Below are positions 47,314 to 54,981 of a stretch of DNA of 64,000 bases, piece by piece. The notes below the pieces were generated by a model, which had not been told where the DNA came from, searched no databases, and saw only the letters and a list, made by a program, of their open reading frames with translations. The DNA is from a virus, in IMG/VR virus record IMGVR_UViG_3300046167_000921, positions 96,001 to 160,000 of that record; one strand, given 5' to 3'. Within the stretch, counting starts at the first letter, position 1, and the number at the start of each line of letters is the position of its first letter. The translations under genes were made by a program, and so were the position numbers.

Positions 47314-47773
47314 GATCAGAGATCTCAGATTTAATGTCGTCCAGCATCCTTGAAGCAACACGGATCTGGTCGGCTCTCTTTCGGTTCTTCCAGACCCTCT
47401 CATAGACGGTCTTTAGCTTTTTCCCGAAAGAGTATTTCCTCTCCACCTTGTTCATCATGTCATCTATGATCTTAGAGTAGTATTTGGCTTTCGGGTCTCT
47501 TCTAAGATCTACGAGTTTTCCTGCTAACTCCTCAAGGCCTTCATCCGTCTGCTTAAACTTTCTACTCTTTAGGGTATCTGCCACATCATTCAGGGTTGCT
47601 AACACCTTAGTATAGGTCTCTACCTCCTTTCTGTTTTTCTTCAGAAAGGATTTTGCTTCTTGTTGTTCAGGGTGGTTTCTATCTCTAGCGTAAGATTGGA
47701 TGGTAAGCAGGGAAACTTCTCTGCCGTTGAGCTTGAACTTTTTACCTGTATAAGCCGCTTCGAGGTGCCTCAT
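47297..47773 (-). CDS. hypothetical protein with C-terminal RVASR coiled-coil tag
   Basis: Ends KYSFGKKL...KRADQIRVASRMLDDIKSEISDLKKGL, paralogous to the C-terminus of 48487..49734. Confidence 0.8.
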   Translation of the reverse strand: MRHLEAAYTGKKFKLNGREVSLLTIQSYARDRNHPEQQEAKSFLKKNRKEVETYTKVLATLNDVADTLKSRKFKQTDEGLEELAGKLVDLRRDPKAKYYSKIIDDMMNKVERKYSFGKKLKTVYERVWKNRKRADQIRVASRMLDDIKSEISDLKKGL

Positions 47774-47828
47774 TTATCTTCTCTACCTTCTATCCTTCTT
47801 TGTATAACCTCTACCGTATATAAAAGAA

Positions 47829-48002
47829 ATATCAATTGAGGAGCGTGGCGACCTTAAGGACACCCTTCAGGACATACTTGGAGGCGTCAGATCAACCTGT
47901 ACTTATATCGGAGCACAGGAGCTGAGAGAGTTAAGCAAATGCACGACTTTTATCCGTGTCTCTCAGCAGTACAACCCCGTATATGAGTCTAAGACTATCT
48001 AG
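47829..48002 (+). pseudogene. guaC: C-terminal remnant of GMP reductase
   Basis: Manual translation [57 protein letters not shown] matches the GuaC C-terminus (RG...DILGGLRSxCTYVGA..LKEL....TFIRV); no start codon and no N-terminal part. Confidence 0.9.
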
Positions 48003-48484
48003 CGTCTGTCTAGTAGCCTTTGTTTAGCAATTTCCTTAGCATAGTATTCGTCAGGACTAGCGGCCGAACTTGCCATGTCTCCTACAAAAGCGGATAATAG
48101 CAATCCAGCGGCAAGCCCTCCGATGCTAAAGATCTTCATGGTAATAGCACCAAGCACCAATATCACGAGCATCATTCCGCCGTGCCCTAGTACATTTTTG
48201 AAGTAGATGTTGAAGTAGCCCCACATCTTTTTTAGGTTGCCTCTCTTAGGGGCTTTTTCTAGAACCTTTTTAAATTCAGGGTCTTTCTCCAGCTTCCTCA
48301 TCGCTTTCTTGATGTCTTTCTCCGAAGCTCCGTAAATGAACTCTGGTCGACGAAAAGCACCTGTGAGCTTATTCAGGATGATAAAAGCCTCCCTTTTAAA
48401 CCTTCTAAGGATAGCTTGCTTCTCAAGTTTGGCGATACGGTTCTCAAGCTGGGCGATTTTCTGTGATGCGGTTAGTTGTCTCAT
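47999..48484 (-). CDS. membrane protein with N-terminal TASQ coiled-coil tag
   Basis: [24 protein letters not shown]; two hydrophobic segments near the C-terminus. Confidence 0.8.
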   Translation of the reverse strand: MRQLTASQKIAQLENRIAKLEKQAILRRFKREAFIILNKLTGAFRRPEFIYGASEKDIKKAMRKLEKDPEFKKVLEKAPKRGNLKKMWGYFNIYFKNVLGHGGMMLVILVLGAITMKIFSIGGLAAGLLLSAFVGDMASSAASPDEYYAKEIAKQRLLDRR

Positions 48485-48486
48485 GA

Positions 48487-49734
48487 TTATAGCTCCTTCT
48501 TGAGATCAGAGATCTCTTTGTTGAGCTGGTTAAGCATTTGCGATGCTGTTCTGATCTGAGAAGCCCTTTTACCTCTGCTGAAGAGCTTCTTCAGATAATT
48601 AAGACCCTTGCCTACAACAGAGTACTTCTCCTCGATCTTAGCTTGGAGGTCTTCGAGGATGTTTTCATACTCTCTAACGTAATCAGGTTGAGCCTGTAGG
48701 GAACCCACTTCCTGAGCAAGAGCTTCCAGCTCCTTGTCTTTCTTAGCTCTGGAGACACGTTTGGTGATGTCTTGGATCGCTACTCTTCGGAGTCTCTCTT
48801 CTTCTTCTTTTCGGAGTCTCTCTTCTTCTTTTCGGGCTTTCTCTTCTTCTCTGCGGAGTCTCTCCTCTACTGTCTCACCCTTGTGAGGGAACTTGTCAGA
48901 TATGGACAGAGGTATCCCTTCTGCATTCTTGAGATCCGCATTTCTGAGATCCGCATCTATAAGTTTCGCATTTCTGAGATCCGCACCAGTGAGATCCGCA
49001 TCTATAAGTTCCGCACCAGTGAGATCCGCATCTATAAGTTCCGCACCTATAAGTTCCGCACCTATAAGATTCGCACCAGTGAGATCCGCACCTATAAGAT
49101 TCGCACCCTGTAGCTTTGCGTCTTTGAGATTTGCACGTTCAAGATTCGCATCTTTGAGATCCGCATCTTGTAATCTCGCCTCTTCGAGATCTGCATTCCT
49201 GAGCTTCCCATTGAAAAGCTTCGCACCAATTAGCTTCGCACCAATAAGTTTCGCGTCACTGAGATCCGCTTTTGTGAGATTTGCACCCGTGAGATCCGCA
49301 TCTGTAAGATTAGCCCCTGTCAGATTAGTGTTGGTGAGCTTCGTATTTTTGAACTTAGCTCTTTCTATCCACGCACCTCTGAGATCCGCACCCGTGAGAT
49401 CCGCACCCGTGAGATTAGCTTCCAAAAGCCACGCACTTCTGAGATCCGCATCCTTGAGATTAGCTCTTTCTATCCACGCACGTATAAGCTGAGCAGACCT
49501 TAGGTCTGACTCTTCCATGTTCGCACCTTTGAGATTCGCATCAGTGAAATCCGCTTTTATACAATTCGATTTAAAGAGACTTGCACCCGTCAGATCCGCA
49601 CCTTCAAAGTTTGCACCTTCAAAGTTTGCCAAATTCATCTGCGAATTTGATAGATCCGCCTCCGAGAGGTCCGCATCTCGCATATCATCTCTGAGAGAAT
49701 AACGTACTGCTTCTACATCTTTTGGATTAGCCAT
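48487..49734 (-). CDS. pentapeptide-repeat protein with charged linker and C-terminal tag
   Basis: Long A(D/N)Lxx repeat tract; ends KYSVVGKGL...KRASQIRTASQMLNQLNKEISDLKKEL. Confidence 0.92.
   Translation of the reverse strand: MANPKDVEAVRYSLRDDMRDADLSEADLSNSQMNLANFEGANFEGADLTGASLFKSNCIKADFTDANLKGANMEESDLRSAQLIRAWIERANLKDADLRSAWLLEANLTGADLTGADLRGAWIERAKFKNTKLTNTNLTGANLTDADLTGANLTKADLSDAKLIGAKLIGAKLFNGKLRNADLEEARLQDADLKDANLERANLKDAKLQGANLIGADLTGANLIGAELIGAELIDADLTGAELIDADLTGADLRNAKLIDADLRNADLKNAEGIPLSISDKFPHKGETVEERLRREEEKARKEEERLRKEEEERLRRVAIQDITKRVSRAKKDKELEALAQEVGSLQAQPDYVREYENILEDLQAKIEEKYSVVGKGLNYLKKLFSRGKRASQIRTASQMLNQLNKEISDLKKEL
48931..49107 (-). repeat. 15-bp tandem array encoding pentapeptide repeats
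   Basis: Interleaved GAGATCCGCA(TCT/CCA/TTT) and ATAAGTTCCGCACC units in 15-bp register. Confidence 0.9.
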
Positions 49735-49811
49735 GATTATAGCTCCTTATGTTTGCCTTGGTTCTGTATATTGATGTTATAGAAAACCTATGAGAAAAAG
49801 GCTAAAAGACT

Positions 49812-50525
49812 GTGCATGACATCATCCTATCTCCTCCCTTCAGTAACCTCAAACTCCTAAGCCTCTACCCAAACACAACAAGAATACTAGGTACATACAC
49901 CCTCAAGAAGAGAAGAGGCCTCTGGAGAGTTCTCACCACCCTTAAAAAGACTGAGAGAGGGTGGGTCAATAATGTCGGCTTGAGAAACGGAGGTATAGAC
50001 TCCATACCTAACAAGCCCCACATCATATCTATCGCAGAACTAGAGGATGGAGATTGGGAAACTATGCTCCTCGCACTCTCGGAGAAGTACAAGATACAAG
50101 GTGTGGAGCTTAATATTTCTTGCCCAAACGCCAACGTGAAGCACATCGACCATGAAGTCCTCACTCTAGCAAACACTCTCTTCAAACAAGTGATTGTTAA
50201 AGTCCCACACAGTACGTATCTCCCTCGGGTTTTTAGCCTAGTAGAGCAAGGTGCAACCACGATTCACATCTCGAATACAAAGCGAACACCCGAAGGGGCA
50301 CTGTCTGGGTTAGACTTACAGAAAAACAACCTAGACGCTATTTCAGAGTTGAAGAAGTGGTATCCGTCTGTCAAAGTCATCGGTGGCGGAGGTATTTACT
50401 CTTTAGGGGATCTTGAGAGGTATAGGTCTGCTGGGGCAGATCACTTCTCTTTGAGTACAATCCTCTTAAATCCCATAAAGACAAATCGTATAGTGAGAGG
50501 TTACAATGCGTTACAAAGTTTTTAG
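49812..50525 (+). CDS. pyrD: dihydroorotate dehydrogenase-like flavoenzyme (class 1, shortened)
   Basis: NNVGLRNGG, VELNISCPN (catalytic Cys loop), VIVKV, ISNT, GALSG, IGGGGI, AGADHFSLST. Confidence 0.85.
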   Translation: MHDIILSPPFSNLKLLSLYPNTTRILGTYTLKKRRGLWRVLTTLKKTERGWVNNVGLRNGGIDSIPNKPHIISIAELEDGDWETMLLALSEKYKIQGVELNISCPNANVKHIDHEVLTLANTLFKQVIVKVPHSTYLPRVFSLVEQGATTIHISNTKRTPEGALSGLDLQKNNLDAISELKKWYPSVKVIGGGGIYSLGDLERYRSAGADHFSLSTILLNPIKTNRIVRGYNALQSF

Positions 50526-50889
50526 TCTTCTAATGGTCGGTCTTTTTGCCCTCTTCTCGGTGGGTTCTAGGACAAACGTAAAGACGAAGTATGTTTACCC
50601 CCCACCTGAATCCAAAGGTTGTGTCTATCCAATCAAAGAAGTCAAAGAAGTAAAGACCGAGATGATGCACATCTTACCTTACACGCTCATCCATAAGTGT
50701 TATTACGAAGGGGGTGGGAGACTAACTAAAGTCAGTACATATAACCTTGAGGTCGGGTATCAACTAAAAAAGCCTACCCATGAAGTCCTGTTTCATTGGG
50801 CAGGCGATATTTTACAGAGCTTCTCTAGACGAGAGGCAGTTCACGGAAACGGTGAGGTTGATGTGAGCGTAGTTTATCTCAAGAGGTGA
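50506..50889 (+). CDS. hypothetical secreted/membrane-anchored protein
   Basis: N-terminal MRYKVFSLLMVGLFALFSVGS signal-like segment. Confidence 0.65.
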   Translation: MRYKVFSLLMVGLFALFSVGSRTNVKTKYVYPPPESKGCVYPIKEVKEVKTEMMHILPYTLIHKCYYEGGGRLTKVSTYNLEVGYQLKKPTHEVLFHWAGDILQSFSRREAVHGNGEVDVSVVYLKR

Positions 50890-52025
50890 TTTATATGAAA
50901 TTTAAAGTATCTGTAGGACTTGATTTCACATGTGGCGACCCGATAGAAAAGTACCTGTCTATCGTGGATAAAGTCCCCGCCGAGTATTTTAAACTCAACC
51001 CTGCTTTCATCAAACCGAGCGTCTTACTAGAGCTTTCTAGAGAGTTAAATAGGAGAGGTCTAAAATGGATCTATGACGGAAAGCTAGGGGATGTCCCACA
51101 CACAAATGTACAGTATGCGAGATACGTCTTTGAAGATCTCGGTGCCTCTGCGGTCACTCTAAACCCGTATGTGGGACTAGAAGCACTCTCACCTTTCTTT
51201 GAGTATTTGGGTAAGACCTCTTTCATACTATGTAAGACCACGAATGGGGGGGGTAAGAGAGCTCAGGATGTCATGTGCGAAGAAATCTTAGACTACGCGG
51301 AGAGCAAGCAGAATGTCGGAGTAGTGTATTCTTCTAAAGACAGGGTAGGCCTTGAGCTTGTCGCACAGAGGGGTTTTCCTATCCTCTCTCCTGGTATAGG
51401 CCGTCAAGGAGGTGAGATCACAGTCGATAGAGAGAACGTCACTTACTCTGTGAGTCGGTCTTTGATTTACTCTGAAGACCCTTGTTCGACCTATTTCCAG
51501 ATATTGGGTGTGGGTGGCTATTTCCTTGCAGAGTTTAAGAAAAGAGGCTTAGTGAAAAGTGGGTCTTTTGTTCTATCTAGTGGCGAGGAGAGCTCTTATT
51601 ACGTAGACATCAAGGGGCTGTCCTCAGATATAAATCTTTTCCGTAAAGTCTGCTCACACTTAGGGGCAAAAATAAATACCTCCGCCCTACTTGGTGTAGA
51701 AAGCGGAGGTATTTCACTTGCCTCCGCAATAGCACTTATGGGGGGCAAGCCTTTTGGCTATGTGAGAAAGACCACAAGGGATTATGGCCTCAAGTCGGTT
51801 GTTGAAGGTGTTCCCTCTACCCTCGGCGAGTTCACACTTGTAGAGGATGTTTTGACAACAGGGCAGAGTGCATATCGTGCTGTTGTCGCGGCTTCTGGTG
51901 CGGGTTATAAAATCGCTCAGGTTGCTGTTGTTGTTGAGAGGGGCAAACTCGGCAGGGAACTTCTCGAAGGGTTGGGTGTCGAGGTCGTATCCTTAGTGGT
52001 GTGTGACGACGCCACTCTAACCTAG
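50886..52025 (+). CDS. pyrF/pyrE: bifunctional OMP decarboxylase-orotate phosphoribosyltransferase (PyrF-PyrE fusion)
   Basis: YFKLNPAF, DGKLGDVPHT, VTLNPYVG, FILCKTTN, ILSPGIGRQGG; then GSFVLSSGEESSYYVDIK, YVRK, PRPP-binding LVEDVLTTGQS. Confidence 0.93.
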   Translation: MIYMKFKVSVGLDFTCGDPIEKYLSIVDKVPAEYFKLNPAFIKPSVLLELSRELNRRGLKWIYDGKLGDVPHTNVQYARYVFEDLGASAVTLNPYVGLEALSPFFEYLGKTSFILCKTTNGGGKRAQDVMCEEILDYAESKQNVGVVYSSKDRVGLELVAQRGFPILSPGIGRQGGEITVDRENVTYSVSRSLIYSEDPCSTYFQILGVGGYFLAEFKKRGLVKSGSFVLSSGEESSYYVDIKGLSSDINLFRKVCSHLGAKINTSALLGVESGGISLASAIALMGGKPFGYVRKTTRDYGLKSVVEGVPSTLGEFTLVEDVLTTGQSAYRAVVAASGAGYKIAQVAVVVERGKLGRELLEGLGVEVVSLVVCDDATLT

Positions 52026-52216
52026 AGAATCGAGGCTTTAGAGATCTTGTGTACTTTGCCTAAGATTGTAGCTGAAAGTAGTAGGTGAAAGAGGGCGGTC
52101 GCGGTATATAGGAGAGACCACAACATCTGGTATAGTGATGTTGTCCACATATTATAAACACCTCCCTGTTCTCCTATGGTTGACAGTTAGGTTCTTAAAG
52201 AAGGTTTGAGGTTAAA

Positions 52217-52720
52217 ATGGCCGATATATTGGTTTTGATTCGGGGTCTTTCGGGTTCAGGGAAGACATCACTTATGGAGCTTATTGTAGGTAGCTCTGAC
52301 TACTGCCCAGAAGACCGAGCATCTGTGTCGGTAGACGACTTTTTCGTGGATAGTGAGGGAGGGTATCAATTCGACCCCTCACGGCTCAAGGAGGCTCATG
52401 AGTGGTGTCTTGATACTGCAACTGACCTTGTGAGGGACGAGGATCTTGAGGTTGTCGTTGTACACAACGTGTTTTCAAGGAAATGGGAGGTAGACCCTTA
52501 CATGGAGATGGGTCGAAAGCATGGTTGTACTATTCATGTAGTCAACTTGTATGACAGAGGTTTGAATGATGCTCAGCTCTCAAAACACAGTATGCATGAT
52601 GTCCACCCTGGCATAGTCCAGACACAAAGAAAGAGGTGGGATAAAGATGTTTACAGGGACAAGTCAAGATTTTATGACAGTCCCCGAACCTCTCTCCCAC
52701 CTCGAAAGTTTAGATATTGA
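52217..52720 (+). CDS. P-loop kinase, AAA_33 / N4BP2-like polynucleotide-kinase family
   Basis: LIRGLSGSGKTS, SVDDFF, LKEAHEWC, VVVHNVF. Confidence 0.8.
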   Translation: MADILVLIRGLSGSGKTSLMELIVGSSDYCPEDRASVSVDDFFVDSEGGYQFDPSRLKEAHEWCLDTATDLVRDEDLEVVVVHNVFSRKWEVDPYMEMGRKHGCTIHVVNLYDRGLNDAQLSKHSMHDVHPGIVQTQRKRWDKDVYRDKSRFYDSPRTSLPPRKFRY

Positions 52721-53163
52721 TTAGAGTTGGTCACGTCATATTGGTTCTCCATAAGGGAGAAGTAACAGATCATCTTGTAATCAATGTCGTTGGAGATGAG
52801 TACGGTGCTCTTGACTTTTTCAATGGGTCGTTCGCCTTCTTTAATCAGAGGAAGGTAGTCGGCCATTTTGAGCTGGGGGTAACATCTCCTGAAACAACTG
52901 ATGAGCAAGACGATATTACGCTTGCTCATCAGAGGGTAGAACCTATCTCAGCCCCTCAAGAGAGTTTCAAGAGGGGCTTTCTAGTTTCTTTTTCAATGTT
53001 AGAGCAGGGTGCTGCTCTTGAGGTTAAAGGCTACTTCATGGATTACATTGATTACCCTGAAGGTTATTGCCTAATCAGCGAGCTGGGTTGTACCGCTTGC
53101 CGATTGTGGAGAGTGCCTTCTTCAAAGGTCACTCTCTTGAAGGTTCTCAGTCTTCGTTATTGA
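52717..53163 (+). CDS. hypothetical protein
   Basis: Overlaps the upstream stop; ORF track. Confidence 0.6.
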   Translation: MIRVGHVILVLHKGEVTDHLVINVVGDEYGALDFFNGSFAFFNQRKVVGHFELGVTSPETTDEQDDITLAHQRVEPISAPQESFKRGFLVSFSMLEQGAALEVKGYFMDYIDYPEGYCLISELGCTACRLWRVPSSKVTLLKVLSLRY

Positions 53164-53268
53164 ACCAAGGATCTGACTTCTCGATTTCTCGACGGTTTTG
53201 CTCCGTTTGTGTTGGTCCGAGGGCGATGTATGCCCACGCTGCGGCAAAGCTCGCAATAGTAAAAGCGA

Positions 53269-53700
53269 CTAGCATTGGTTTTCTTCCTTATATTTTTTTA
53301 TCGCTCTAAAGCAATTTGACTTGTTGGCATATCCGACCATTCGAGCGATCTTTGCAAAACTGTAGTTGTGCTTGACTCTAAGTTCATAGGCGATACGGGG
53401 TCTCTCGGTCTCGGTTGGCATCTCCACTCTGTTTTCTACACAGAACTTTTTGATCCTTACCAAAACCGCCCTCTCACCTATGTTGTAAAGTCTCGCAATG
53501 TCTCTTGTTGACATTCCGTTGTAGTACAGGTCATAAGTTTTTGAATGGTCTACTTGCTTTCTTGGGTAGGGTAAATTATTTCGAAGTGCGTGTCTTCGGA
53601 CTAGCTTTCTGGAGTAGGGGGCATCAAAGCCAAGATAATTCCCTATATCCTTGTGTGGGAATCCTTGCATATACATTTCATAGGCTTCGTGCGACTTCAT
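53269..53700 (-). CDS. triple helix-turn-helix DNA-binding protein
   Basis: Three units: GFPHKDIGNYLG, GMSTRDIARLYN, NYSFAKIARMVG. Confidence 0.75.
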   Translation of the reverse strand: MKSHEAYEMYMQGFPHKDIGNYLGFDAPYSRKLVRRHALRNNLPYPRKQVDHSKTYDLYYNGMSTRDIARLYNIGERAVLVRIKKFCVENRVEMPTETERPRIAYELRVKHNYSFAKIARMVGYANKSNCFRAIKKYKEENQC

Positions 53701-54011
53701 TTCCTATTATCAATGATCTCTACGGTAGAGAGTTTTTTGTCGAGATTCTTCTGCATTTTCTTTATGATATCACACTCTTCAGAGGAGAGCTGTCCTTTAG
53801 AAACGTAAGGGTCAGAATAGGATATAACACAAGCTCCTTGAATTAAAGCCGCCTCTACGCCCCTAGTCAGAACTTCGATCCAAATCAAAGCAGATGTGAA
53901 AGGGTCGCAGTTCTCTTCTATAGAGAAGTGTATGTGAGGGAGTCCCTCATCTATCTTTAACTTGAGAGCTCTGCTGACTTTGTCCTCAATATAGATGTGT
54001 TTCTTATTCAA
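53697..54011 (-). CDS. hypothetical protein
   Basis: ATGA-coupled between the endolysin and HTH genes. Confidence 0.65.
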   Translation of the reverse strand: MNKKHIYIEDKVSRALKLKIDEGLPHIHFSIEENCDPFTSALIWIEVLTRGVEAALIQGACVISYSDPYVSKGQLSSEECDIIKKMQKNLDKKLSTVEIIDNRK

Positions 54012-54955
54012 TTGAATAAGCTATCCCACCAGCAGGCACAGTCCCACTTCTTCTTTGTAATGTGATGATGTCCGATAACACCCGTGAAGTTGTTGGTCAA
54101 GTAACTCTTATCAACAACCCCATGATAGAAATCCCCAGACGTATCTTGCCCTCTCTCCCCTCTGGGGAATTCATAAGGGATGTCGAGAACCTCACAGAGA
54201 GATTTTACAGCCTCCCTTGTGGCCTTAGCGACGCGGGGGTCAAGAGAGAGAACCTTGGGGTCTCCTCGCCCTGTGGTGTTAGCCATCTCAGAGATGCTGT
54301 ACCCTCTTTTAGTGTAGTGGTCTTTCCACTTCAAGCTAGGTTGTTGACAAATGTCAATGCCCACAGAGTAAGAGTTCGCCCACCCTGCATGCCAAGACTT
54401 ATGACTCAAGTCTAGGTATTGGTAGATGGTAGGGTTACCCTCAGGGTTCAAGCCAATCCCTGCGTGACTCGACACTTTACGGTCAGGGCTGGAGAAAACC
54501 CTGTGACAATGGTGTGGGTCAAGACCACCCCAATGCACCACAATTAAGTGAGGTTTTCTCCCGCCCCTGCTAGAGAAATGTCCGAACCTGTGGAGGTCAA
54601 GACCACCCGCTTGGTCAAAGTTTACAGTCTCAACACCCTCTTCAAGAGTGATGTTGACCCGCCTATCATTCGAAGTCCAAAAAGGTAGGCTCTCGTCAAC
54701 AAAGTCGAACTCTTTTAACAAAGCCGACCATGTTCCTCTCCCAAGTTTACCGTCAACATGAGGGCCTGCCCCGAAGCATGATTCTTGAAATGCCTCAACC
54801 GCTAGGGCGAATTCACGGGAATCAACTTTTTCCGAGAGTCCTAAGTAAGACTCGATGGCGAGAGGTGGGATACACCCTCCCCACCCAATAGAGACACTTG
54901 CTTTTAAGTTGTAAGACCGAGCTGACGATCTTGTTTGTATAATGACTGAAGACAT
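54008..54955 (-). CDS. endolysin: peptidoglycan-binding domain + N-acetylmuramoyl-L-alanine amidase (Amidase_2)
   Basis: VDGKLGRGTWSAL (PG-binding), LIVVHWGG, VSSHAGI, SWHAG..NSYSVGIDI, IGHHHITKKKWDC. Confidence 0.88.
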   Translation of the reverse strand: MSSVIIQTRSSARSYNLKASVSIGWGGCIPPLAIESYLGLSEKVDSREFALAVEAFQESCFGAGPHVDGKLGRGTWSALLKEFDFVDESLPFWTSNDRRVNITLEEGVETVNFDQAGGLDLHRFGHFSSRGGRKPHLIVVHWGGLDPHHCHRVFSSPDRKVSSHAGIGLNPEGNPTIYQYLDLSHKSWHAGWANSYSVGIDICQQPSLKWKDHYTKRGYSISEMANTTGRGDPKVLSLDPRVAKATREAVKSLCEVLDIPYEFPRGERGQDTSGDFYHGVVDKSYLTNNFTGVIGHHHITKKKWDCACWWDSLFN

Positions 54956-54981
54956 AGCCTATATCCTTTCAGAGAGTTAAG

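Noticed and set aside
48893-49702. CRISPR-like array or real plus-strand SAPVR-repeat ORFs
   Set aside because: The repeats are contiguous 15-bp coding units without unique spacers; the plus-strand ORFs are antisense shadows of the pentapeptide gene (likewise 60108..61061).
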